From the IMG/VR virus record IMGVR_UViG_3300024999_000030, positions 186,001 to 250,000 of that record: DNA of 64,000 nucleotides. One strand, given 5' to 3'. The notes under the pieces are model-generated. The model worked only from the letters and a program-made list of their open reading frames with translations. It was not told where the DNA came from and searched no databases. Within the stretch, counting starts at the first letter, position 1, and the number at the start of each line of letters is the position of its first letter. The position numbers were made by a program, and so were the translations under genes. Positions 40,602-50,713 of the stretch are shown here, piece after piece.

Positions 40602-42071
40602 TGCCCAGAATCCCAATGCTTATGGCCGACTTCTATAAAATAGGCCATAGAGAACAGTATCCAGATGGAACACAAACCGTGTATTCAACTTGGACGCCGA
40701 GAGCAAGTAGGGTCGAACCAATAAAACATGTAGTTGCCTTTGGGTTCCAAGCCTTTATTAAGAAGTATCTCATTCAGTTTTTCAATGAGAACTTTTTTGA
40801 AAGACCGAAGGCCGATGTGGTTTCTGAATACAAGAGGGTAATTTCTTCAACTCTTGGGATAGGGAACCCGCATACCCAACATATCGAAAGGCTTCATGAT
40901 CTCGGATATCTTCCAATTAAAATTATGGCTGTGCCAGAAGGCACCAGAGTCCCACTTCGAGTTCCGATGCTCACAATAGAAAACACAGGCTCGGAGTTTT
41001 TCTGGCTCACAAATTTTCTTGAAACACTTATGTCTTGTGAAATTTGGCTGGCAAGCACGAGCGCAACAACCGCAGCCGAGTACAGAAAAATCCTGGATCA
41101 CTATGCAAAGTTGACTGGTGATCCAGAGTTTGTTAAATTCCAAGGGCATGATTTCAGTTTTAGGGGCATGGCGTGCTTAGAGGCTGCTGAAATGAGTGGA
41201 GCGGGACATCTTCTCAGTTTTGTTGGAACAGATTCAATTCCAGCCATCACATATCTAGAGGAATATTATCACGGGAATGTAGAGAAAGAATTAATTGGAT
41301 GTTCAGTGAACGCTACTGAGCATTCTGTTATGTGTGCTGGGGGGGGCTAACAACGAATTTGAAACATATAAGCGACTGATGTTCGATGTTTATCCAACAG
41401 GGATACTTTCAATTGTCTCTGACACTTGGGACTTCTGGAATGTCTTATCTAATATTATTTTTCCACTAAAGGATGGAATAATCAAGCGTGATGGAAAGAT
41501 TGTCATTAGACCAGATAGTGGTGACCCAACTAAAATAATTTGTGGGGATCATGATGCTAACAACCTCCTCGCATATAAGGGGGCCATCGAAGTTCTTTGG
41601 GACATATTTGGAGGTACCGTTAACGATAAAGGATATAAATGTTTGGACCCACACATTGGTCTGATTTATGGTGATGCCATCACCCTTGATCGATGTAGGG
41701 AAATTTGCAGCGGGCTCGAAGCAAAGGGCTTCGCATCCACAAATGTCGTCTTTGGTATTGGGTCATATACATATCAATGTGTAACACGTGATACATTTGG
41801 CTTCGCTTTAAAATCAACCCATGTTACAATTAATGGAGAAGATGTAAACATCTTTAAGAATCCACTAACTGACTCCGGGTCCATAAAGAAGTCGGCAATT
41901 GGAAGGGTGGCTGTCCTACAGAAAGACGATGGGGAACTTTATTTGTCCGATGGACATGGCCGGGAAGAAGTTCCTGGAAATCTCTTATCTCCTATTTTTG
42001 TGAATGGTGTATTAGTTAAAGAACAAACACTTGCAGAAATTCGCGAAAGACTTACTTCTGTAAAAACTTAA
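40601..42071 (+). pseudogene. nadV: Nicotinamide phosphoribosyltransferase-like protein (putative Namat), split by +1 frameshift at G8 (41339..41346)
   Basis: DFYKxxH, HDFSFRG, ATEHSVM | SIVSDTWD, IRPDSGDP, LIYGDAIT, KKSAxG. Removing one G restores CAGGANNEFETY. Confidence 0.88.
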
Positions 42072-42083
42072 ATTAGAAATATA

Positions 42084-42515
42084 ATGCCAGATAAAATTAA
42101 AGTTACATATTCATCTGGAGTTATTAAAGAAGTAACGGCGACTACCGCAGCTAAGATTTACAGAAGGCAAGCCAGACAAGCTATTGAACGGGCTATGGCA
42201 CATGATATAGAATATTATGAATTGTTTAACATTTTAAAACATCCCGTAAATGACTATAGATGTCTTATTTCCGAATGTCTTACTGGAAAAAAGGGTTCAT
42301 ATTCTTTTTCTACTTGTGAAGAATGTTTTTTTGAAAGTAAATATGGTTGTGTTCTTAAGCTTATTACTAGTGAGCTAATGACGGAAGATACAGCTAGTTC
42401 CTATATTAAAAAATTACTGGACCTGAAGGGCATCGGCACATTAGAACTTTTTATTATTAAAGTTCATGCGGGGTTGCAAGCCACTGGACTTGGAAACAAA
42501 TCCCAAAAGAGGTGA
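42084..42515 (+). CDS. Degenerate four-Cys family paralogue 20
   Basis: RCL..CL...CEECFF..YGCVL; lacks a clear FIxNP. Confidence 0.5.
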   Translation: MPDKIKVTYSSGVIKEVTATTAAKIYRRQARQAIERAMAHDIEYYELFNILKHPVNDYRCLISECLTGKKGSYSFSTCEECFFESKYGCVLKLITSELMTEDTASSYIKKLLDLKGIGTLELFIIKVHAGLQATGLGNKSQKR

Positions 42516-42551
42516 TTTGTGAGACAACTCACGAGAGCGCCTTAATGTTGA

Positions 42552-42596
42552 TGGCATTATTTTAACCCGTCGGAATAATGCCAACTTAAATGACGG
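42552..42596 (+). ncRNA. Candidate H-type pseudoknot
   Basis: TGGCATTATT/AATAATGCCA stem; loop CCGTC complementary to downstream GACGG. Confidence 0.45.
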
Positions 42597-42868
42597 CCTT
42601 AATTATCCACAATTAGAAAGGAGTTCCTCAAATGGAACAGACCATGGTTAAGTATCGAGTTGTACTTCTCAAAGTTGTTGAGGGCAGTAAAGACAAGATG
42701 ATTCATAGTTTCACTCGCCCCTGTACTCAAAGTAAAGCTGAGAAGATTTTCAATCAGCTTTTGCTGGATTGGGGATTGAAGTACGATAAGGATACGGGCT
42801 TTGATCCCCCGCCTGCCAATGATGCGGTATATCCCGCTATTGTAGCAGTTGAGTAAGTAATAACAAAA

Positions 42869-43603
42869 TTTCTTTCTTCATTCAAACTATTCCCCACATA
42901 AAGAACCATCTCCCTTCCCTCCTAATTATAGGTGAATGAAGGAGTAATGTTCTAGGAAATTGAATTTGATAGAAGAAAGAAAACTCCAATTAGGCCGATG
43001 GCGATTGTTTGAACGCTCAACTCTCGTTTGCGTGAAGACCCACTCAGATCGATTGGCCAGGCGTTTACATGGAAGAGTAGACATGGCTAGAGATATCTCT
43101 CTTGTTTATTCTTTCTTTTATGAGTGTGTTACTCTATTGGGGCGGTTTCGATACCAATCCACAGTATGCGTCCATGATAAGTTATGGAATAGAGATGGCA
43201 TACTCTAGAAGGCGGACGGTCGTGTCCGCCTTCGCCAAACACCTGTATTACTGAGAGGGTGTATGGTTCCTAAAGTTGGAACCATTTACTACATCGTCGG
43301 TTCTTTTGCAGAGAAAAAGGTCAATGGCATGACGCCGCAAAGATTGTTGTGCTTCGGCACACCTTTGAGTCTGGGCAGGCTTATTATATAAGCCCAGCCG
43401 GTTCTGCAATTCCCAACTCGCGCTTATGAATCACAAATCAACGTTGCTACGTGAGTGCAGTCAGGCAGCTGACCAGTAATACTTATTGAATTGACTACCG
43501 GTAGTGGTCATTCAATCGGGGTCATCATGGTGATGACCCCACAATCCGGCTAAAACTAATCTTCTGGTGGAGCCGGGGAAGAGCATGTGCTCAGGAAGAT
43601 TAG
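42869..43603 (+). ncRNA. Large structured non-coding region E (about 735 nt)
   Basis: GAAGGCGGAC/GTCCGCCTTC, ATGGTTCC/GGAACCAT, GTGC-UUCG-GCAC, TTGCAGA/TCTGCAA, GGGGTCATCA/TGATGACCCC, CTAATCTTC/GAAGATTAG. Confidence 0.65.
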
Positions 43604-43620
43604 GGAATAGGAGATAACTA

Positions 43621-44145
43621 ATGTCATATATGGATAGTATTTTTGAAGCAAGTAGTTATAAAAATATTGTTTCTAAAACAGCATTAGTAATTGATAAGAT
43701 TTCCGAAAAACATAATAAACTTTCTATTGTTCATACGGGATTAAGTGGTGGTTTAATTGGCCATCCCGTTGCAATGGCTCTAAAACTTAATAGCATGCAC
43801 ATTAGAAAGAATGATCAGAGTCATGGAGATCCAATAGAGGCTGGATATAGTTCACCCGATAAGCAAATTAAGTTTCCATATGCTATCGTTGATGATTTTA
43901 TGGATAGTGGTGATACCATTAAGAAAATAATTAAGAAAATGAAAAACTTTTTTCCCAAATGTTTTCCGGTTGGAATTGTATTATATGATGAAATCTCTTT
44001 TGATGTGTGGGACCATAAAGTGATTAACTCCGTAGTAAAGGGAGATTTTTCTGTCTATACCTTTTGGCATAAAGCTAAAGGATATAGAGTACACACCTTC
44101 GATGGCAAAGAATGGCATGAATCTAAAACTCTTAAAAAGTTTTGA
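43621..44145 (+). CDS. Type I phosphoribosyltransferase
   Basis: YAIVDDFMDSGDT PRPP-binding loop; TGLSG motif. Confidence 0.82.
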   Translation: MSYMDSIFEASSYKNIVSKTALVIDKISEKHNKLSIVHTGLSGGLIGHPVAMALKLNSMHIRKNDQSHGDPIEAGYSSPDKQIKFPYAIVDDFMDSGDTIKKIIKKMKNFFPKCFPVGIVLYDEISFDVWDHKVINSVVKGDFSVYTFWHKAKGYRVHTFDGKEWHESKTLKKF

Positions 44146-44152
44146 GGCATAA

Positions 44153-44665
44153 ATGTTTCCAATGTATAATATCAATGAATTTATTAATTTGATAGATAAG
44201 TTTTTATCAAACCCGACTATTAATTCCGCTCATTCTTTCTTAACTAATCCCTATATGTTTGGTGGTTTTGGAGCTGCTCCTGGAAGAGTAAGTGCCAAGG
44301 CTATATATTATGATTGTCAATTTCATCATCATGTTCTTGGGGGGCAGGAGAGAAGTCAACAGTATTGTGATCGATGTCCATTTGCTCATAAAGGCAATTT
44401 AGTAACCAAGAATCAAGCCTTCTATTCAAACTGTTCTCTTGTACATTCATTTGTATTATTTGAAGTACCTCCACATTATTCTGATGTTACATGTCTCGAC
44501 ACAAATGAACAATATGGATTATCTAAGTGTTCTCTTGTTAATTTAATTCCAAAGTTAATTATGGGGTTAATAACCATGAAAGCTATTTGTGAAATTAAAA
44601 AAGAAAAACTCCGACAAGTTAATGAAAAAAGGAGAATGTCCCGTGGTAAATCCCAAAACCCGTAG
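44153..44665 (+). CDS. Four-Cys family paralogue 21
   Basis: KFLSNP...DCQF...CDRCPF...NCSL...GLITMKAIC. Confidence 0.75.
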   Translation: MFPMYNINEFINLIDKFLSNPTINSAHSFLTNPYMFGGFGAAPGRVSAKAIYYDCQFHHHVLGGQERSQQYCDRCPFAHKGNLVTKNQAFYSNCSLVHSFVLFEVPPHYSDVTCLDTNEQYGLSKCSLVNLIPKLIMGLITMKAICEIKKEKLRQVNEKRRMSRGKSQNP

Positions 44666-46119
44666 GGAATACCTCAATACTAAAACTAAACTTTATGCCA
44701 TCTTATTGAGATTTGATGAAAGTGATCTTAGTCCCAATGAACTCAATCTCATGCAGGCGTTAATAAAAGATACGGACATTCAGGCTATTCTGGAAAGATC
44801 GGCTTTTCAGGATAAATAAACGCGAGGAGCACCCTGCGTGGAAATGGGTGTCAACTAGTTGAAAGACTAGTCAAGGAGTTTCACATGTCTAATCTCGAAC
44901 AGCGTGCAGCGAATCTTATTAGCAAAACCTGTCACACTAACCCCCTTGTACCTGGTAAATTTGCAGGACCCTGGACTGGAATGCCTCTTGATAAAGCTAT
45001 GGCTAAGCTCAATAAAATTGACGAAGAATTGAAGGCCGAGCGAGACGAAATTACTAAAGCCATTAATAATGAGGATGCAAAAGCAAGAGCGAATTATCCC
45101 AAGCGCACAGCTTCCGATTGGGCTTATATTCGGCGCCTGAAGAAGCTTGGTGTAATTGGTTAATGAATAAGGCTCAAGGAGAAACTATGAAGAAAATTTT
45201 AGTTTGTTTTCTATTTACGGTTTTGGTAATTGGTTTTATGGGTTGTAGCATTAGCCCAACCAAAAGTCGACAAGCAGTCGTATCAAAATATGGTCCTGAG
45301 GTTCAGAGTTTACCAGAGTTTAGCTATATATTTATAGCTAGGAAAACTAACGGAGAAGTTTGGTATGTATCCTGTTTGAACTCTAATGATAATAATATCT
45401 CTGAAGAGACCCTATTATTTGGTCCAATTAAAAATCAGCAATAAACATGTTTAAGTTATTTAATCTTTTAAAATTATGCTTTAAAGATTTATTTTCTAAT
45501 AGACCGATGACTGAGACCGATATGAAATCAGCCTTAGCAATGTGCGGTATTCGTTTTTACTCTTGTCCGTATTGCGGTAAGGAACTCACCGAGTATGAAC
45601 TTAAACATGGGCTTCGTGAAGACCAAGATGATACCGGACCTATGTAGGAGGTGCAATTGGACGATTACGATGAAGCTGAATCAAATAATTCAAGTATAGA
45701 AAATGGAGTGTGGTACGCATTTAAATGTCCAGTATGTCTCGTTGAACAGTCGGCGTGGTGGCTTAGGGGATATATCGAAATGAAACAACATGAGCCACTT
45801 GAAACTATACGCCTCTGTCCTAAATGTAACGCAGAATTGAAATTTACCGTAGACAGACATACCAAAGGCATTTGTACCGTTGAAAGGAACAGGAGATGAG
45901 GCTTCAACAAGTAGAATCATATCCTAAAGCTAACGATGAATACTGGACAGAAATAAGTCTAGGAAATGCGATTGCCATTTCATTTACAGTTAATGAAAAT
46001 GGGGAGTGTAACAAAGCTCTTATATCTGATATGCGGGATGGCATTCAATTTGAAATAGATTTTTTAGCTAAAACAAGTTGGTATGACAGAGCTGTTATGA
46101 AAGCGAAAGAGGTAAAATT

Positions 46120-46482
46120 ATGTCTGCACAAAATAATTTCATCTTAACAGTAAAGTCTTTAATCAGCGCTGGTAAAAAAATTGAAGCCATTAAGGAAGTG
46201 AGAGAGGTTTTACTTCTTGGTTTAAGGGATGCTAAGGATTTAATTGATGCCTGTGAGGCTGAGAAGAGTATGGAACCGCTCACTAGAGTCGCTAGAAACA
46301 TTGCCTCGCAAACTGTCAAAGGTTCTCCAAGTATTGTATTAGTTGTTTTTGACGGAGAGGATTCTAGTGTATCTTGTCGGCTCTCTATTGGCACCTTTTC
46401 CTGTAAGGATGTGACTGAAGTTCAAATCAAGCGGGCCATTGCTATGATAGGGGCTGCTCAAAATTGCGATGTCCAAGAATAA
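46120..46482 (+). CDS. Protein with ribosomal bL12 (L7/L12) C-terminal-domain-like motif
   Basis: GKKIEAIKEVREVLLLGLRDAKDLID resembles the remembered L12 motif [24 protein letters not shown]; no L12 N-terminal domain. Confidence 0.65.
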   Translation: MSAQNNFILTVKSLISAGKKIEAIKEVREVLLLGLRDAKDLIDACEAEKSMEPLTRVARNIASQTVKGSPSIVLVVFDGEDSSVSCRLSIGTFSCKDVTEVQIKRAIAMIGAAQNCDVQE

Positions 46483-46714
46483 TTTAGATTCAAGTCTTCA
46501 GAAATTTTTAAGTGAAATTCCATCTGCACCAACAATACCAAATCCACCAGAAGTTCTTTTTACGGCTGAAGAACAAGATAAGGACTTAGAGGCTTGGCTT
46601 AAAACGCTTCCAGTTTCAAACGCCCCAAACGATGAAGCGGCGACATGGCTGAGTACCTTTGAGGCTAGTCTGGGTGAAAGATGGAAGCGAATGAAAAGAG
46701 ACAGGAGTAATTAA

Positions 46715-47054
46715 ATGAGGCCCGTGGACATGATGTTGGAAGAATTTTCTATTTTTGTAGCTCATCCAACTAAGCGAACAGCGACAAGTGCTATTAATTC
46801 CTTAGTTGGACTTAATAACACAAGGACTAAATGTGATGCAGTATTTTTCAACTGTATGGAGTGTCCCCTTTTTTTTAAAGGAACCATATACAGAAACTCG
46901 ATATGGAGGCACATACCCAACACTAAAAAGCATTTATTGTTTGGCCGTTAAAATGAATATGAAATTACACTTACATAATTTTGAAACAGAAATCATGTCG
47001 GAATTTGTAAAAAAGGGTCTTGAGTTTGTAGCTGCCCTTCAGATGAAGGTGTGA
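46715..47054 (+). pseudogene. Four-Cys family paralogue 22, frameshifted at T8 (46869..46876)
   Basis: IFVAHP...KCD..CMECPL; the +1 frame continues LKEPY...YCL...KGLEFVAALQ. Confidence 0.75.
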
Positions 47055-47987
47055 TAAATGCAACAAGACTTAAACAAAAAAGATTTCGTAAGTCCGCTTA
47101 GCACCCTACAAACTAAGTACGGATGGACTTTTGGTAAAGCTAAATCCATTACCGACATTAAGGGTAAAGACATTAAGGGTCAATTTTGTCAAACAATTAA
47201 ACATAAGTTTTGGGGTGAAAGCCTACCAATGAAATTGTTGATTCATGCGGCGGTTTCCGCAATACAATTTTGCGTAGCTTATGCTATTTTTGTTTGGTTG
47301 ATTGGTGCGGATGCCCCTACGATAATTACTATTTGGATTGTTATGAGTTTTCTTGATACAACTTCTGCAATTAAAGACGCCTGGGGTAATGCATTTTTTC
47401 AAACAATGTTGATTTATGCTCCAGATGGAGTGGTTCTATCTGGAGAAGATGTAAAAACCAGCATCAAAGGTGGAGATGCCCCGAAAGGAGATCTATGATT
47501 CGCACGATAGAAGAGTTTTTTGTTGAGTCCGAGGCAATTGGTAAACAACTTTTAGCTGGAGAGGAGGGACATAAGATTGATGTCTCTCCAGAAATATTAG
47601 CAAAGATAGTCAGTAATTTTAATGATTCATTAAAAACCCTAGACCACTTAAAGACGTGGGTTGCGGATCTTGAGAATGCTGAGCCCGAAGATGACGAAGA
47701 AGCGGAACTTATGTCTCGTCTTTTAGCTGGGCAGGTGTTGGGTATTCGCGCTCATTTTAGATTATTTGAATATCTAGATAAATATGAACCTGGATTTAAA
47801 AATGGATACACAGCACCACTTAAAGAAGTTATGACTACAATGTATGAAACTATCAAAGCTAAATTTCCATCAGCCCTTAATTTGGCAGACGAAATTGAGA
47901 ATGGTAATGAAAGCGCTGGCTGTGCTCATGACTGCAAGGGATGTCATGGAGGGTGTGGTGGCGACTAAAGATGTTATTCTTATTAGA

Positions 47988-48503
47988 ATGGAAGGATTTA
48001 GAAACGCAATTGATGCGTTTTTAACTGATCCCGGCGAGATTCCATTACTGAAAATTAGAAAGGAATATTTAAAAAGAAATCAATGTCCCTTGCAAGTGGG
48101 GCTTGGAGCGGGTACAAAGAGTTGGAACAATGTAAGTAATCCAATTATGAGTCCGCTGACTGACACCAACCCCATGGTAAAAGATTTTCATGACAGGATG
48201 CAGGAGACTTTGAAGGGTGGCTCTTCTTATTATAATTGTAATTTCTGTTCCATTTGCCCCGTGTCGATTCTCAATAAACAGCGATGTGGCATAGACGAAT
48301 ACTATGCTAAGGCTAGAGCTAGAATGGCTTTTCAGCAAGGCCTGAAGAAAAACCATGAAAAATTAGATAGCAGAACTAAAGAAGTTTTAGATGATCACCG
48401 TTCTGGTTGCTCTGATCTTATGAGCGTTTGTCTCGCTGGTTTTATCGAACTTTCGGCAGTATTAACTTCTATTCTTCATGGAGAGGAATGCACCAATGCC
48501 TAA
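47988..48503 (+). CDS. Four-Cys family paralogue 23
   Basis: AFLTDP...QCPL...CNFCSICPV...RCG...GFIELSAVL; start uncertain. Confidence 0.7.
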   Translation: MEGFRNAIDAFLTDPGEIPLLKIRKEYLKRNQCPLQVGLGAGTKSWNNVSNPIMSPLTDTNPMVKDFHDRMQETLKGGSSYYNCNFCSICPVSILNKQRCGIDEYYAKARARMAFQQGLKKNHEKLDSRTKEVLDDHRSGCSDLMSVCLAGFIELSAVLTSILHGEECTNA

Positions 48504-48693
48504 TTGCACCTGTGGACATTCTCATAAAAAACATACGGAACACATTTGTTCAGACCTTAGACGCGGATGTACAGAATGTGACTGTGTGGCCTTCTTCCCC
48601 GTAGATAAGGACAAGCCTTGTTCCTGCGGTCACAATTTGAGTGACCACGATGCTTTTGGTTGTGTGAATTGCGAATGTGACATCAAGGTTTAA
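48496..48693 (+). CDS. Small Cys/His-rich metal-binding protein with two CxCGH units
   Basis: CTCGHSHKKH...CTECDC and CSCGHNLSDH...CVNCEC. Confidence 0.6.
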   Translation: MPNCTCGHSHKKHTEHICSDLRRGCTECDCVAFFPVDKDKPCSCGHNLSDHDAFGCVNCECDIKV

Positions 48694-49297
48694 TATGTCA
48701 GCATTTAGATCGGGAGACTTAGTTACCGTCTCCCCCTTTGACGACGACTTCTTCTTTCCGTTTGTCGGGACAATAGTCCAAGTGACAAGGGATACAGATA
48801 GGGAACTATATTTAGTTACCTGCTGCGAAGGAGAAGTATATACTGTTGTCGAGGAGCAACTGACATTTGCAGAGCCTAGGGAGAAATGATGGACCTCAAG
48901 TGCCTTATTTGTGGTGCTGCTATTTCTTGTATAATTCCAGAAGAGTGGCCGTACCAAAATATTTTTCCCGTAAATTGCACATCTTGTCACAAACAACAGC
49001 TCATTACTATTAAGGACTAATGGAATGGGGAGAAGTGTTAGACATTCTTAATCTAGCTTTTACTGATAAAGGTGTGGCTCTTCGAGATATTAGGAACGCA
49101 TCGTCTCTTTCCCCTCCCGCTGAAACGGTATATAGAGAAGAGGGGGAAAATAATACTGTTGCCCCATCTAATGTTGGCGTGACTAACATAGCTGACTGGA
49201 AAAAGAGGAAAAACAAATGAAATGGTTAAAAATTGTAATCATTGACTTCTGGTTTAATGGTTTTGAATATTGGCGAGAAAAATTTTTGAGACGGTAA

Positions 49298-49690
49298 ATG
49301 TTATCAAGGGCCGTTGCTTTACGCCAAATTGAATTGTTTATAAAAACTCAAGATATTAATATAATTATCCAATTGACTGAAAACATCATGAGTGACTCAG
49401 GAAATCATTTTAAATTTTCTTTATTAAAAGAGTGTCCATTTGTTAATAGTAATATAACCTGTAGAAGCTTTTTAAAAAATTGTCCATTGTACATGTCATG
49501 GAGAAAAAGATTTCCATATTCTTATTGCAGTTGTGCCTTCTCTGAAATATCAATGTTAGTACATGGCGGTGGGCCGACTGCAATAAAATTTATTATGAGC
49601 GAATTACTTTTAGCTTTAATAATAATGGTTGGAACTGTTAAAGCGGACATGACCGCCATAGAGGAAAAATGGCCAAATCGGTTACCCTAG
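49298..49690 (+). CDS. Four-Cys family paralogue 24
   Basis: LFIKTQ...ECPF...TCR..NCPL...YCSC...ALIIMVGTV. Confidence 0.65.
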   Translation: MLSRAVALRQIELFIKTQDINIIIQLTENIMSDSGNHFKFSLLKECPFVNSNITCRSFLKNCPLYMSWRKRFPYSYCSCAFSEISMLVHGGGPTAIKFIMSELLLALIIMVGTVKADMTAIEEKWPNRLP

Positions 49691-50112
49691 TCCTTACTGA
49701 GAGATTTGTAGAATCCCTCAATAATTTTATTGCTAGTCCGTCTGGATCTACCTATTCTATTCTAGCTGACACCTGGAAGGTTAATAGGGTCTCGTGGATA
49801 AAAAACAAGAACGAATATAAATTGGGACTAGGGGCGCGAACGGCAAACAAAACTCTACCAATTCTTATGTGTCAAGCTAGAGCGATTCCAGCGCAAGGTT
49901 CATGTTTTGGTTGTGACTTCTATTCTCATAGTGGGTGTCTTATATATAGTGTTAGGCATAAAAGCACCATTAGTAAGCGCCTCTTAGCTGCGATGGAAAT
50001 ACAAGCAGCATTAAATACTGTGGAGTATTCCACTTCAGATGATGCTTTTGTTGCTAAGTGTGCAGGTGAAGAAAGAATGAAAAAACTTATTGAAGAACAA
50101 GACGATGAATGA
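49669..50112 (+). CDS. Four-Cys family paralogue 25
   Basis: NFIASP...MCQ...CFGCDF..GCLI...AAMEIQAAL. Confidence 0.75.
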   Translation: MAKSVTLVLTERFVESLNNFIASPSGSTYSILADTWKVNRVSWIKNKNEYKLGLGARTANKTLPILMCQARAIPAQGSCFGCDFYSHSGCLIYSVRHKSTISKRLLAAMEIQAALNTVEYSTSDDAFVAKCAGEERMKKLIEEQDDE

Positions 50113-50704
50113 TACTTGGGTGTTTGCTGATTCGCATTTTGATCATGAGGGTATTATTAAACATGCAAAGCGTCCTTTTTCTTCTGTGTCTGATATGAAT
50201 AAAACCCTCATTGATAACTGTAAGGTAATTTCTCCAAGAGACACCCTTATCATCGTTGGAGACTTTGCATGGAAGAACCATGGACATTGGATCCAAGCCG
50301 TTAAGGGTAAAAAGATATTAGTCTGTGGTAACCATGACAAAATGAACGCTCTGTGTTTATCACAATTCACTGAGGTTCATGATATTTTAGAACGAAATAT
50401 TCACGGTCAGTTCACAGTTTTTTGTCACTACGCTATGCGCGCTTGGGATCGTAAACATCATGGGGCTTGGCATCTTTATGGTCATAGTCACGGTGCATTA
50501 CCCGAGTATGCTGATGATATGAGCTTTGATGTCGGAATGGATGTTTGGCAACTGCGGCCCGTTCATTGGGATATCATAGTTAAAAAGATGGCATGGAAAA
50601 AATTACCTAATGTAAAATTTGCCGTCAATACTGACAGTCGGGACACACAGGAGGTAATACGAAAAAACAAAGAATTGAATCTTTTATTGTATCCCACAAG
50701 TTAA
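50090..50704 (+). CDS. Phage-type metallophosphoesterase
   Basis: ADSHFDH, VGDF, GNHD, CHY, HLYGHSHG, FDVGMD. Confidence 0.9.
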   Translation: MKNKTMNDTWVFADSHFDHEGIIKHAKRPFSSVSDMNKTLIDNCKVISPRDTLIIVGDFAWKNHGHWIQAVKGKKILVCGNHDKMNALCLSQFTEVHDILERNIHGQFTVFCHYAMRAWDRKHHGAWHLYGHSHGALPEYADDMSFDVGMDVWQLRPVHWDIIVKKMAWKKLPNVKFAVNTDSRDTQEVIRKNKELNLLLYPTS

Positions 50705-50713
50705 GGAGTTAAG

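Noticed and set aside
10483-50112. Diversity-generating retroelement as the source of Cys-family variation
   Set aside because: No reverse transcriptase and no TR/VR pair differing only at adenines in this window; it could lie elsewhere in the genome.
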